Below, piece by piece: positions 1 through 10,056 of a stretch of DNA of 64,000 bases. The translations under genes and the position numbers were made by a program. The stretch's first letter is position 1, and the number at the start of each line of letters is the position of its first letter. Source of the stretch: Candidatus Latescibacterota bacterium (GTDB lineage: Bacteria > Latescibacterota > UBA2968 > UBA8231); the NCBI GenBank assembly GCA_965242865.1, contig CBDETK010000013.1:2944001-3008000 (forward strand), given 5' to 3'. The notes below the pieces were generated by a model. It was not told the origin of the DNA. It saw only the letters and a list, made by a program, of their open reading frames with translations, and ran no database searches.

Positions 1-747
1 GGGGCGCACGTAGCGGTTTTGGCCCGCACCGGGTCCGAGCTGGACGAGACGGTCGCGCTTTTGGCCGCCCAAGGCCGACCCGCGTTGAAGCTACGGGCGG
101 ATGTGGGGCGGCGGGCGGAAGTAGATGCGGCCATCGAGCGAGTGTTCGCGGCTTGGGGCGGCGTCGATGTGCTGGTCAACAACGCGGGCATTCAAGGGCC
201 TATCGGGCGAGTGGAAGAGGTCGATCCAGACGCTTGGATGCAAGCGGTGCAGGTCAATCTCGGCGGCTGCTTCTACTGCACCCGCAAGGTCTTGCCAGCC
301 ATGATCGCCCAGCACTACGGCAAGATCATCAATCTCTCGGGCGGCGGTGCGGTGGGGCCGCGCCCCTTCTTTAGCGCGTACAGCGCCGCCAAAGCCGGCG
401 TCGTGCGCTTTAGCGAAAACTTGGCCGGAGAAGTGGCCGAGTACGGCATTGACGTCAACGCCATGGCCCCCGGAGCGGTCAACACGCGGATGCTCGACCA
501 ACGGCTAGCGGCCAGCGCGGCCCTGAGCGCGGAGGAACGGGCGCGCGATCAGCACCTGCTGCGCGAGGGCGACGCTACGGGCGAGCGGCCGGCCGCGCTG
601 GCAGTCTATCTGGCCTCGGCGCGCTCCGATGGGCTGACCGGCCGGTTGCTATCGGCGGTTTGGGACCCCTGGGAAACCCTCGATGTCGAGGCGATCATGG
701 CCACGGAGGCCTTTGCGGTGCGGCGCGTACCACGGCCGGAGGACTGA
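1..747 (+). CDS. SDR family oxidoreductase (5' partial, runs off window start)
   Basis: Frame open from base 1; VLVNNAG motif and YxxxK catalytic motif (YSAAK). Confidence 0.92.
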   Translation, partial: GAHVAVLARTGSELDETVALLAAQGRPALKLRADVGRRAEVDAAIERVFAAWGGVDVLVNNAGIQGPIGRVEEVDPDAWMQAVQVNLGGCFYCTRKVLPAMIAQHYGKIINLSGGGAVGPRPFFSAYSAAKAGVVRFSENLAGEVAEYGIDVNAMAPGAVNTRMLDQRLAASAALSAEERARDQHLLREGDATGERPAALAVYLASARSDGLTGRLLSAVWDPWETLDVEAIMATEAFAVRRVPRPED

Positions 748-749
748 GT

Positions 750-1769
750 ATGTACAAGGTAGGAATCGTCGGAGCGGGTCGCGTGGGGCAGCGGCGGGCG
801 GCCACAGCCCACGCCCATCCCGCGTCCACAGTGGCCCTAATCTACGACGAGCGCCCGTCGGCCGCAGCCGAATTGGCCGCCGTATATGATGCCGCCGTGG
901 CTGCTTCGCGGGAAGAGCTCCTCGCGGCCGATATGGACATCGCGGTGGTTTCGACGACGCACGACGCATTGGCCCCCATCAGCAGGGCCGCCCTCTTGGC
1001 CGGCAAACACGTCTTGTGCGAAAAGCCGCTCGGGCGCAACCCTGACGAAGCTCGGGCGGCCGTTGTCGCGGCCGAGCGGAGCGGGCGCGTCCTCAAGGTC
1101 GGCTACAACCACCGCTATCACCCGGCCATCCAAAAGCTGCACGAAGTTTGCACGGCCGGCGAGATCGGCCCGCTGTTGAGCATCCGGGCGCGCTATGGCC
1201 ACGGCGGCCGGCCCGGCTACGACCGCGAGTGGCGGACCGATCCCGAAAAGGCGGGCGGCGGCGAGCTTTTAGACCAAGGGGCCCATCTAATCGACTTGGC
1301 CAAGTGGCTCTTGGGGGATTTTGCCGAAGTCACGGGCTATGTCGAGACCCATTTTTGGGACTCGCCCGTGGAGGACAACGCCTACGGCCTCTTTCGCACG
1401 GCCACCGGACAGATCGCCTCGCTGCACGCGAGTTGGACCCAGTGGAAAAACCTCTTCAGTTTTGAGGTTTTCGGGCGCGATGGCTATGTGTGTGCCGAGG
1501 GCTTAGGGGGGGCCTACGGGCCGGAACGCGCCATCGTGGGGCGGCGCAATCCGCACGGCGGCGCACCGGACAGCGAGTGCTTTGACTACCCGGGCGCGGA
1601 CCGCTCGTGGGAGCTGGAGTGGGCCGATTTTTTGCGCGGCCTAGCCGGCACTGGCGCCCCTCATTCGCTTGGACGGGAGGCTTTGGAGACGCTCGAGTGG
1701 ATTTACCGGCTCTACCGGGCTGCCACCGAGGGGTGCGCCGTGCGGCGGGAAGAGCCTCTAACCGTATAG
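750..1769 (+). CDS. Gfo/Idh/MocA family oxidoreductase
   Basis: KVGIVGAGRVG Rossmann start, HVLCEKP, GGGELLDQGAH; ATG at 750 lies 2 nt after the SDR stop. Confidence 0.92.
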   Translation: MYKVGIVGAGRVGQRRAATAHAHPASTVALIYDERPSAAAELAAVYDAAVAASREELLAADMDIAVVSTTHDALAPISRAALLAGKHVLCEKPLGRNPDEARAAVVAAERSGRVLKVGYNHRYHPAIQKLHEVCTAGEIGPLLSIRARYGHGGRPGYDREWRTDPEKAGGGELLDQGAHLIDLAKWLLGDFAEVTGYVETHFWDSPVEDNAYGLFRTATGQIASLHASWTQWKNLFSFEVFGRDGYVCAEGLGGAYGPERAIVGRRNPHGGAPDSECFDYPGADRSWELEWADFLRGLAGTGAPHSLGREALETLEWIYRLYRAATEGCAVRREEPLTV

Positions 1770-1791
1770 AAAAAAAAGAGTTACGAATAGT

Positions 1792-1830
1792 ATAGCCGCC
1801 GTGCCGCTAGGGGCGATGGCTATTTTTTTT
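1792..1830 (+). terminator. Probable intrinsic terminator after the Gfo gene
   Basis: Imperfect hairpin atagcc...ggctat followed by a T run. Confidence 0.5.
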
Positions 1831-1849
1831 GCGCGCCTGTTATTTTTTT

Positions 1850-1872
1850 GAAAATTTTGCGCGAAAATTTCT
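1850..1872. promoter_or_regulatory. Palindromic operator-like site gaaaattttgcgcgaaaattttc
   Basis: Near-perfect inverted repeat (also a direct repeat) in the AT-rich region upstream of the 83-aa ORF. Confidence 0.4.
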
Positions 1873-2007
1873 TACCATATAGATAGTCAGACGGCAAACA
1901 CTACTTTTTTGTCATTAGAAAGGAAGGAAGCCTTTAGACGAAGTGAAGCACCCTAAACTCACTACTTATTACCGCAGTTCAGATACCCCTAACCCGCAGG
2001 AGGTGCT

Positions 2008-2259
2008 ATGAGAACAGATCGGGATAGTGCCCAAGTGGAACGCATTGCGATGGCCTATCGCCGTCTTGCTAATGCTATGATTCTCAGTACGTTACGCGAA
2101 ATATCCAAGATGGATGAGGTCGTGGAAACCCCAGATGACACCCCGGAGATGGCCTTTGTCGAAAGCTCTAGGATCGATCCTTGGTGCGAGTTGGCTGGCC
2201 TCGAACCCGAAGTCGTGCGTAGGGCTGCCAAACGGCTGATTGAGGACCGACCTTTTTAG
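2008..2259 (+). CDS. Small hypothetical protein (83 aa)
   Basis: AGGAGG RBS just upstream of the ATG, own terminator downstream, helical-looking sequence. Confidence 0.75.
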   Translation: MRTDRDSAQVERIAMAYRRLANAMILSTLREISKMDEVVETPDDTPEMAFVESSRIDPWCELAGLEPEVVRRAAKRLIEDRPF

Positions 2260-2280
2260 CACTCCACAGCACAAACCAAC

Positions 2281-2316
2281 AAAAAGCTCCAGAACGAACA
2301 CTTCTGGAGCTTTTTT
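2281..2316. terminator. Bidirectional intrinsic terminator
   Basis: aaaaagctccagaa-cgaacac-ttctggagcttttt perfect hairpin between convergent genes. Confidence 0.85.
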
Positions 2317-2320
2317 GTGT

Positions 2321-4327
2321 TTAGTGGCTGGCGCGGAGCGTGGTACGCGTGGCGTGGTCGAGGAGGCCGCGCACCACTTTTTCGGCATCGCGGTGGCGCA
2401 GATCTTCAAAGCGCAAGGCCCAGACGTGATCCCGGTACGCCATGTTGCGCAGCTCGATGAGGACCTTGACGTCAGCGGGGTTGTTGTGCAAGACCCCTAG
2501 TCCCTGCCCGCGGACGCGAGCACCAGCCCCTAAGGCCGGGAGCAGGGAGCGAGCGAATTGGCGCGAGACGCGATCGATCCGGCCACTCCGGCTGCTCTTG
2601 TAGTACAAAACTAGCGGTGCCTCTGGGCCCTTGGGGTTGACGTCGGCGTGGAAGGAAAGAAAGATGCGCCGGCCCCGCGGCGCCTTGGCAAGAGCCTGAC
2701 GGGCCACGCGCACCCGAGTCGAAAGATTGCTGCCGCGCGGCCAAGCACTGAGCTTATTGGTCTGGTTGTAAGCGGCCAAGTTGTACACTTCGTTCTTTTC
2801 GTTGACAAAGGTCTGGGTCGGCGGCTCGTTTTGGCGGATTAGGTGGTTGGGACTGAGCAGAGTCATGGTGGCTTGGGCGCCGTGCAAGCGCACCAAGACA
2901 TAGACCCGCAGCGCGATGTCAAAGACGTACTCGTCCTCGACGACATAGAGCGTTTTGCCGTTGCCATCGCGGGTGGAAACCACCGCGCCCGGGTCGAGCC
3001 CGCCGTGCCCCGGGTCGAGGACGATGTGCCAGCCTTCCAACCGGGAGCTCAAGCGCCCCATGCGCCCGACCTTGCGCTCGAATTCTCGCCACAAGCGCGT
3101 GGCTTGGCGATAGGTCTGGCGCGGCGAGTTTGGCTGCCCCTCGTAATAGGTCTTGCTCGGCTGGCGCGTATTGCGGGGCCGGGAGAAGTAATAAGGGCCG
3201 TTGCCGAAGGCGATTTTCGGGGTGTCTGAGCGGTGAATCTGTAAGTCGTCCCAATCAATCTCAGACAATTCCACCCAGCGCATAGGGCGCACCTTGAGCC
3301 GGTCGCCCGGATGGATGACGGCGTTGCGCTTCAGGTTGTTGACGCGGGTGATTTCAGCCACGCTCATCTGGTGTAGGCGGGCGATCTGCGCGAGGTAATC
3401 GCCGCGCTGAACCACGTACGTGGCGAGACGCGGCCCGCTCGAGGGCGCGGCACTTGGTTCGAGCTTCCCGTCTGGGTAGAGCTTGAGCTTTTGGCCGGGG
3501 TAGATGCGGTTTGACCGGAGGCCGTTGAGCACCTTGAGGCGATAGACGCTGACGCCGTACGCACGGGCAATTTCCCACAGCGCGTCCCCCCGCTCCACGA
3601 TGTGGACCGTGCTCTCCGCGTCTTTGAGGCGGAGCTTCTGCCCGATGAGAATCCGGTCGCCGACTAGGGCATTGAGGTGCTGCAACTGGCCGACCGAGAC
3701 TCGGTAACGCCGGGCGATCTCCGTGAGGGTTTCGCCCTCTTGCACCACGTGGACGGCTTCCTCCAACCGCGAAGCGCGCAGGCGCAACTTTTGCCCGGGC
3801 CGAATGAGGTCGCTTTTGAGCTGGTTGAGCTGGCGCAGAAAACCCAAGCCCACGTCAAATCGCAGGGCGATTTTCGACAGCGTGTCGCCCGAGCGAACCG
3901 TGTATTCGCGCGGCTCTTCGTCGTGGTCGTCGGCCAAGTCCCTCCGCACGGGCGCGGCCGCTTGCAAGCGCAGCTTTTGGCCGACGCGGATGACGTCCCC
4001 ATTGAGGCGGTTGAGTGCCTTGAGCTGGCGGACCGAGAGGGCGAACTGCCGAGCGATTTTCGACAGCGTATCCCCGCGCCGGACGCGATACCAATCGCCG
4101 CTGAGTGCTGGAGGCCCAACTTGCAGGCGCTGACCAGCGTATATCGTGCTGCTGGAGAGCTTGTTCCAGCGCTTGATTTGCGCCCGCGAGACTCGGTAGC
4201 GCGCGGCAATCTCAGAGAGCGTATCCCCGCGCTTGACCAGATGGACCCTTGGACTTTTGAGCTCGGCGGCGTCAAGTGCAAAAGCACACAAAAGCAGCAC
4301 CACCAGGATATAGACCGGGCGCGACAT
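2321..4327 (-). CDS. LysM-repeat (6x) N-acetylmuramoyl-L-alanine amidase (Amidase_3)
   Basis: Signal peptide; six VxxG(D/E)xLxxIA LysM repeats; C-terminal IVLDPGHGG...E...SFHAD...IELRN zinc-amidase motifs. Confidence 0.88.
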   Translation of the reverse strand: MSRPVYILVVLLLCAFALDAAELKSPRVHLVKRGDTLSEIAARYRVSRAQIKRWNKLSSSTIYAGQRLQVGPPALSGDWYRVRRGDTLSKIARQFALSVRQLKALNRLNGDVIRVGQKLRLQAAAPVRRDLADDHDEEPREYTVRSGDTLSKIALRFDVGLGFLRQLNQLKSDLIRPGQKLRLRASRLEEAVHVVQEGETLTEIARRYRVSVGQLQHLNALVGDRILIGQKLRLKDAESTVHIVERGDALWEIARAYGVSVYRLKVLNGLRSNRIYPGQKLKLYPDGKLEPSAAPSSGPRLATYVVQRGDYLAQIARLHQMSVAEITRVNNLKRNAVIHPGDRLKVRPMRWVELSEIDWDDLQIHRSDTPKIAFGNGPYYFSRPRNTRQPSKTYYEGQPNSPRQTYRQATRLWREFERKVGRMGRLSSRLEGWHIVLDPGHGGLDPGAVVSTRDGNGKTLYVVEDEYVFDIALRVYVLVRLHGAQATMTLLSPNHLIRQNEPPTQTFVNEKNEVYNLAAYNQTNKLSAWPRGSNLSTRVRVARQALAKAPRGRRIFLSFHADVNPKGPEAPLVLYYKSSRSGRIDRVSRQFARSLLPALGAGARVRGQGLGVLHNNPADVKVLIELRNMAYRDHVWALRFEDLRHRDAEKVVRGLLDHATRTTLRASH

Positions 4328-4443
4328 AGACTGAATATTGGAATTGGACAACAGGGGGAGGGGTTTTGCAAGTATAAGGCTATTAAGGTGATAGCGCAAA
4401 GGCTACTTGCTGGCGGCCGAGGGGCCACCTATACTTCGCCCCC

Positions 4444-5826
4444 ATGAATGAAGCTAGGCTGCCCGCGGTCGATCAGATGCTCAAACAGGTTGCCGACCTT
4501 TTGCGCGAATACGACCGCGCCTATGTCGTCGAGCAGGTGCGCCGCTGCATTGCGGACGTGCGTTGCCAAGTGCAGGAAGGGGTTGTGGCCGAGGAGCGGG
4601 CGGCCTTGGCGTTGCGGGTCGAGCGGGCCGTGCGCCGCTGCATTGAGCAGGAAGCCGCGCCCCGGCTGCATCGCGTCGTCAATGCCACCGGCGTGGTGCT
4701 GCACACCGGCTTGGGCCGTGCGCCGCTGCCGCCAAAGGCCCAAGAGGCCGTCGCCCGGGTGGCCACCGGCTATTGCAACCTCGAATTCGAGCTGGAGTCG
4801 GGCCACCGCGGCGAGCGCGTCGCGCACGTTGAGGCCCTTATATGCTCGGCCACCGCGGCCGAAGCGGCCGCGGTAGTCAACAACAATGCGGCCGCCGTGC
4901 TCCTGCTGCTCGACACTTGGGCGCGGGGCCGGGAAGTGGTGGTTTCGCGGGGGCAACAGGTCGAGATCGGCGGCTCCTTCCGCCTGCCCGACGTCATCGC
5001 GGCCAGCGGCGCCAAGCTGCGCGAGGTCGGCACGACGAACCGCACCCACTTGCGCGATTACGAGCGCGCCGTCGGCCCAGAAACCGGGGCCATTTTAGTG
5101 GTGCATCCGAGTAATTACCGGGTCCAAGGCTTTACCGCCGAGGTCGGCCTAAAGGACTTGGCCGCCCTGAGCCAGCGCGCAGGAGTGCCGCTGGTTCACG
5201 ACTTAGGGAGCGGTGCTTTGGTCGATCTGACGCGGTGGGGGCTGCCGCCCGAGCCGGTCGTCGCCGCCAGTCTCAAGGCCGGGGCGGCCTTGGTTTGCTT
5301 TAGCGGCGACAAGGTGCTGGGCGGGCCGCAAGCCGGTATCATCGCTGGCCAGCGTCCCTACGTAGAGCCCGTGCGCCAAAATCCGCTGATGCGCGCCCTG
5401 CGCTGCGACAAGCTGATCTACGCCGCGCTCGAAGCCGCGTTGTCGCTCTACCGCCTGCCGCCGGACGAGCTAACGCAAGCCCTGCCCGTGCTGGCGATGC
5501 TGCGGGCGACCGTTGAAACCTTGGAGGCGCGTGCTCAAAAGGTCCGGTCCCTCCTGCCCGCCGCGGCCAGCCGCGCGCTCCGCCCCAAAGTGGTCGAATC
5601 GCTGGCCCAAGCTGGAAGCGGCTCGCTGCCCCTAGCCGAGATCCCCAGCCGGGCCGTGGCCCTCCAGCCGGCCGCAGTGCGGGTCGAGCAGCTAGGGCGG
5701 CAACTCCGGCGGCAAGGGGTCGTGGGGCGCATCGCCCGCGACCAGCTCCTGCTCGACATGCGCACCGTACACGACGACGAGGTGGAATGGATCGTCCGCG
5801 CCCTGATCCACGTCGCGGCGCAGTAA
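4444..5826 (+). CDS. selA: L-seryl-tRNA(Sec) selenium transferase
   Basis: VVNATGVVLHTGLGRA, VNNNAAA, EIGGSFR, EVGTTNRT, FSGDK (PLP lysine). Confidence 0.96.
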   Translation: MNEARLPAVDQMLKQVADLLREYDRAYVVEQVRRCIADVRCQVQEGVVAEERAALALRVERAVRRCIEQEAAPRLHRVVNATGVVLHTGLGRAPLPPKAQEAVARVATGYCNLEFELESGHRGERVAHVEALICSATAAEAAAVVNNNAAAVLLLLDTWARGREVVVSRGQQVEIGGSFRLPDVIAASGAKLREVGTTNRTHLRDYERAVGPETGAILVVHPSNYRVQGFTAEVGLKDLAALSQRAGVPLVHDLGSGALVDLTRWGLPPEPVVAASLKAGAALVCFSGDKVLGGPQAGIIAGQRPYVEPVRQNPLMRALRCDKLIYAALEAALSLYRLPPDELTQALPVLAMLRATVETLEARAQKVRSLLPAAASRALRPKVVESLAQAGSGSLPLAEIPSRAVALQPAAVRVEQLGRQLRRQGVVGRIARDQLLLDMRTVHDDEVEWIVRALIHVAAQ

Positions 5827-6245
5827 AAGCCGCGCTAGTGCTCGCCGCTTGGCTGCTCAGCGGCTGCGGCGACAAAGCCCCCACCGCACCGCCGGCGTCG
5901 ATTCCCCCCGAACCTTCCGGTCGAGACGGGACCGTGTCGGTGGCCAACCACACGGCCTACGATCTCGAAGTAGCGTACCTCAACGAGACCGCTGCGGACG
6001 CGCCGCGGATCGTGCGCACCCGCGTACCGGCCGGCCAACGGGCAGAGGTTTCGGACGGGGTGCTGCCAGCCGGTCTAGCCGTGGAATTCGACTTGGTACT
6101 CGTGCCGCGCACGCCAGCCGGGATTCGGGTGCGGCGCAAAATCGAGGTCGCCATTGACGGCGATTGGGTCTTGCATCTGCGCTTGGCGGACGAAGCCGAT
6201 CCTTTCAGCCTAGCGATCACTGGCGCGGCCCCTAAGCGGCCATGA
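5823..6245 (+). CDS. Putative lipoprotein, hypothetical (start uncertain)
   Basis: KAALVLAAWLLSGC lipobox followed by a Pro-rich linker; overlaps the selA stop. Confidence 0.6.
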   Translation, partial: VKAALVLAAWLLSGCGDKAPTAPPASIPPEPSGRDGTVSVANHTAYDLEVAYLNETAADAPRIVRTRVPAGQRAEVSDGVLPAGLAVEFDLVLVPRTPAGIRVRRKIEVAIDGDWVLHLRLADEADPFSLAITGAAPKRP

Positions 6246-6426
6246 GGGGCAATATTTTCGCTTGCTTTATCGCGGGGCGGGTTTTACGTTTGAGAAGCCC
6301 GCGATAAATTTTCAACCCCTTCCCCTTCCTTTTTTCGTCTTTCGCATAGCGCAGGGCAGTTTCTGTTTCTGCTAAATTGGCTAGCTGTGTCAGCCGCGCA
6401 CTTTCGGCACAGCAAGGGAAGCAAAC

Positions 6427-7422
6427 ATGGTTTTGGACATCCGCGACTTGCGAGAAGAAGCGGCGCCGGTCGTCGAAACATCGCTGGACCAATGGCTCCA
6501 AGGCGAGCCAGCTCCACCGCACCGGCTGGTGCTCAGCGCGGACGATTTGGAGCAGCTCTTGACCATCGCCGAGGATTCGAGCGACAGCCGGCGGCTGGCG
6601 GCCATCGACATCTTGAGCCATCACCGCTCTTGGCTGGCTTCGCTCCGCATGCTGCGCCGGATCGTGCGACTGGCGCGCAACGAGTACGCCCCGCGCCCGG
6701 CCGCGGCCTTAGTGCAAGCGTTGCGTCAGTGCGATGAGGTCGCCCAATTCCTGACCAGCAACGAGCGGGCGGTCGTCCGCGAGGCCGCGCAGGGCGTACC
6801 AATCAGCCGCCAAACCCTCGCGCCGATCACCGCAGCCCTAACCGCCGGCCTCCCCGCGGCCGTCGCGGCCGTACTCCTCGACAAAATTCGCCGCATCCAT
6901 CCTTCGATGGTGCCCTATGCAATCGACTGCCTCCTCAAGTGCGGCCCCAGCGAGAGCCTTTTGCGCGCGTTCTTGGCGCACGTGCCGCAGATCCCGCTCT
7001 TTGCCTTTTTCGTCGAGGCTGGGCTGCCCCAAGCCATGGCTTCGGGCACCAGCGTCTGGCAGCAGGCCGCGCGGATCGCCACGGAGGTCCTCCAAGCGGC
7101 GCCATCGGCCAAACTGCTGCGCCACCTGCTGAGCAAGTGCGGCGAGGACGCGGCCTTCGCCCGCACCCACGCCCGCTTCCTGCGCGGGATCGCCCAGCGC
7201 GCCGACACCTCGTTGGACGCCGACTTAATCGGCCACTTTGAGCGACTCAGCACCGGGGCCTCTGAGGACAAGGTCGCCCGTCTAGCGCCGCTCTTAGTTG
7301 GATTCAGTGGGAGACTCGACGGCCAAGCAGGGCAGCAGGCGGCCGCCCTGCTAGAAAATTGGAAATCCCGCTCGGCCTCACTCAAGCTCAAAATTTACCA
7401 TCTAGAGCAAGGCATCCGCTGA
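6427..7422 (+). CDS. Hypothetical alpha-helical protein
   Basis: 331-aa ORF with RBS-like gggaag upstream and a terminator downstream; no motif recognised. Confidence 0.7.
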   Translation: MVLDIRDLREEAAPVVETSLDQWLQGEPAPPHRLVLSADDLEQLLTIAEDSSDSRRLAAIDILSHHRSWLASLRMLRRIVRLARNEYAPRPAAALVQALRQCDEVAQFLTSNERAVVREAAQGVPISRQTLAPITAALTAGLPAAVAAVLLDKIRRIHPSMVPYAIDCLLKCGPSESLLRAFLAHVPQIPLFAFFVEAGLPQAMASGTSVWQQAARIATEVLQAAPSAKLLRHLLSKCGEDAAFARTHARFLRGIAQRADTSLDADLIGHFERLSTGASEDKVARLAPLLVGFSGRLDGQAGQQAAALLENWKSRSASLKLKIYHLEQGIR

Positions 7423-7447
7423 GCATTTATCCAATCCGAGTCTCCCC

Positions 7448-7481
7448 AAGGGCCGTTCGTCGACGGGCGAACGGCCTTTTT
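7448..7481. terminator. Bidirectional intrinsic terminator
   Basis: aagggccgttcgtc...ggcgaacggccttttt hairpin between convergent genes. Confidence 0.8.
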
Positions 7482-8553
7482 ATTTGTGGGCGCGCCACAG
7501 CAGGACCAAGGCCAAGGCCGCAAACAACAAGTTGGCTATCCACGCGCCCAACCAAGGCGCGAGCAATTGATTCCAACCGAGCGCTTGGCCGGCCTTGACG
7601 CAACTGTAATAGGCAAAGCAGAACAGGCACCCCAAGCCGAAGCAGTTGGCCAGCCCAGCGCGGCGGGCGTTGGCCCCGAGGGTTGCGCCGAGGACGATGA
7701 TGATAAAACTAGTCAGGGGAAAGGATATTTTTAGGTGCAAATCCACTCGCTGGCGCGTGGCGTCCTCCCCGTTGAGCGTGGCGCGGGCGATGTAGTTGGC
7801 CAGCTCGGCGTAATTCATTTCTTCGGGGTCCTTCTGCTGGCGGGCAAAGTCGCTGGGGAGCAGCGACAAGCTCGGCAGGGACAGGGTATCAAAGGAAGAA
7901 GTCGCCACGGCTTCGCCGGCAGCAAAGCGAAAGGTCCGGCCCTTGAGGAGCACCCAAGTGCCCTCCCGCCATTCCATGCGCTCGGCCACTGCACGCTCGA
8001 GCGGAACGTAGCCGCGCAGCCGCTCCCAAGACACTTCGTCGGCGCGTTGCCGCTCGGCATCGTAGCTGCGGGCGAACACGAACTGGTTGCCCGCGTCTTG
8101 GAGCAGGACTTGGCGGCGGGAGCCATCGCTACGGTGATAGGACTTAATCTCGTTGCTGACTTGGTTGTACCGATAGGTAGCGGCCGGGACCACCCAGTCG
8201 GTAAAGAAAAAGGCCGCGACCGCAACGGCGAGCGCACACCCCCAGACCGGCGCCAGCAGGCGATACAGGCTAATGCCGGTGGCCTTCATGGCGGTGATTT
8301 CGTTTTGGCGCGCCAAGCTGGTCAGGGCAAAGAGCGCGCCGAGCAGCGCGGCGATGGGCAGCGTCAGGATGATCCAGTACGGCACCCGATAGACGTAGTA
8401 GAGCAAAATCTGCTTGGGGCGCGCCTCAAAGTCGATAAACGTGTCAATGTTTTCGATGAGGTTGATGATCACCGCAATGAGCAACAGGCTGATCACCGCG
8501 ATCCCCAGACAGGACAAAAAGCGGCGCGTCAGATAGAGGTCGAGCGTGCGCAT
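7480..8553 (-). CDS. lptG: LPS export ABC transporter permease LptG (YjgP/YjgQ family)
   Basis: MRTLDLYL start, NEITAMKATGISL, LAPWLGAWIANL; tandem with its paralog. Confidence 0.88.
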   Translation of the reverse strand: MRTLDLYLTRRFLSCLGIAVISLLLIAVIINLIENIDTFIDFEARPKQILLYYVYRVPYWIILTLPIAALLGALFALTSLARQNEITAMKATGISLYRLLAPVWGCALAVAVAAFFFTDWVVPAATYRYNQVSNEIKSYHRSDGSRRQVLLQDAGNQFVFARSYDAERQRADEVSWERLRGYVPLERAVAERMEWREGTWVLLKGRTFRFAAGEAVATSSFDTLSLPSLSLLPSDFARQQKDPEEMNYAELANYIARATLNGEDATRQRVDLHLKISFPLTSFIIIVLGATLGANARRAGLANCFGLGCLFCFAYYSCVKAGQALGWNQLLAPWLGAWIANLLFAALALVLLWRAHK

Positions 8554-8554
8554 C

Positions 8555-9853
8555 TCAGGTTTTTTTCGTCCCTCGGCGGCCGGTGCGGTCGTGCGCGACC
8601 ACCCGCAACAGCCCCCAGCCGGCCAAGGCGAAGACCAAATTGGGCGCCCACATCGCCAACGGCGGCGCAATGTAGCCGCGGTCGGCGAGCTCCTCGCCGC
8701 CGATGAGGAACATCCAATAGATCCAAAAGAAGAACAGGCTGATGCCGACGGAAACGGCCGCGCCGCGCCGGCGAATGAGCGCGCCCAGCGGAGCGCCGAC
8801 CAGCGCGAAAACCAAGCAGGCGGCCGGGATGGACAGCTTCTTGTGAATTTCGACCCAGTACTCGTTGATCCGCCCGGCGCGGCGGTCTATGTGCCGCCCC
8901 TGTCGGCGCAGCGCCTCGGCCGCCTGTTGCCCGGCGCGCGCGAGCTCGTCGGCCGTGGAGTCCGCAAACTGGCTTTGGTGTAGGGCGAGGTAGTGTGTGG
9001 CAATCGAATCGAGGCGGTCGTAGGCGCGGGCCTGCTCGTCGCGGCGCTCCAACACCAAGCGATGCATGGCCGCGATGTTTAGCTCGCGATCGCTGCGGTA
9101 GGACGAAGGCCGGTGTTCGTAGCGGCGGCGCTCGTCCTTAATGTGCAGCACTTGGCGGGCAAAGGTGCCGTAAAAAAAGTGCTCGGCGAGGCCGGCTTGG
9201 ACGCGCTGGACATGGCCTTCCTCCAGTTCCAAGCGGATGTACGCCCCATCGCCCAACAGCGCGATGCGCCCCCGAGGGGCGTGTAAAATCACCGGCGGCC
9301 CCGGGCGCGAAGCGTCGTAGAGTGCGATGCCGGCCAGTTCGTTGGTCTCTGGGGCGATCTTGCGGATGAGCAGGTGGTAATCGCCCAAATTCGGTATGAA
9401 GACTCCTTCCTTTTCCCGCAGTACTAAGGCCGCCTTGGTTCGCTGCAAGCTCGCCGACAGGACGCGGGCTTGGTGGTTCCAATCCGGGAGGATCTGGTCG
9501 TTAAAAAAGACCATCAGCAGCGCGAGCAGAAAAGCGGCCCCCAGCACCGGCCGCAGCAGCAGCCAAAAGCTCACCCCACAGGCTTTGGCTGCGACGATTT
9601 CCCCGTCGGCCGCGAGCCGGGCAAAGGCCATGAGCACGGCGATGAGCACGGCCATCGGCACGGCCAGCGCCACGATCCAAGCCAAGTTGAAGAGCAAAAG
9701 TTGGAGGGCGGCCGGCAGGGTCAATCCCTTGCTCAGCACTTGGTCCATCGTCTGCAACACGACGTCGATCAGCAGAATGAAGAAGATCAGCGCAAAGCCG
9801 AGCGCAAAGGGCCAGCCATGCTCTTTGAGCACGTAGCGGGACAGGGTCGTCAT
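8555..9853 (-). CDS. lptF: LPS export ABC transporter permease LptF (YjgP/YjgQ family)
   Basis: LSRYVLKE, RLAADGEIVAAKACGVS, EIHKKLSIP, AMWAPN. Confidence 0.88.
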   Translation of the reverse strand: MTTLSRYVLKEHGWPFALGFALIFFILLIDVVLQTMDQVLSKGLTLPAALQLLLFNLAWIVALAVPMAVLIAVLMAFARLAADGEIVAAKACGVSFWLLLRPVLGAAFLLALLMVFFNDQILPDWNHQARVLSASLQRTKAALVLREKEGVFIPNLGDYHLLIRKIAPETNELAGIALYDASRPGPPVILHAPRGRIALLGDGAYIRLELEEGHVQRVQAGLAEHFFYGTFARQVLHIKDERRRYEHRPSSYRSDRELNIAAMHRLVLERRDEQARAYDRLDSIATHYLALHQSQFADSTADELARAGQQAAEALRRQGRHIDRRAGRINEYWVEIHKKLSIPAACLVFALVGAPLGALIRRRGAAVSVGISLFFFWIYWMFLIGGEELADRGYIAPPLAMWAPNLVFALAGWGLLRVVAHDRTGRRGTKKT

Positions 9854-10027
9854 GGGTCGAAAGGGATACGGGGTTGTGGCGTGCAGCACTCAGGGGCACT
9901 CGTCGCCAGCGGCGAGCACCCGGGCGAGGCACGGGCCTTAGTGCCCTTAAATATAACGACTTAGAGCATCGCTCCAAAAAGTGCGCCCGGCGCCGCGCAA
10001 CGGGAATGGTTTTTGCAAGGGCTTTCT

Positions 10028-10056
10028 TGAAATAATCACAGCCGTATGCTATGTTT
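10028..10056 (+). promoter_or_regulatory. Putative sigma70 promoter for sprA
   Basis: TTGAAA-17 nt-TATGTT with an extended TG, in the divergent lptF/sprA gap. Confidence 0.5.
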
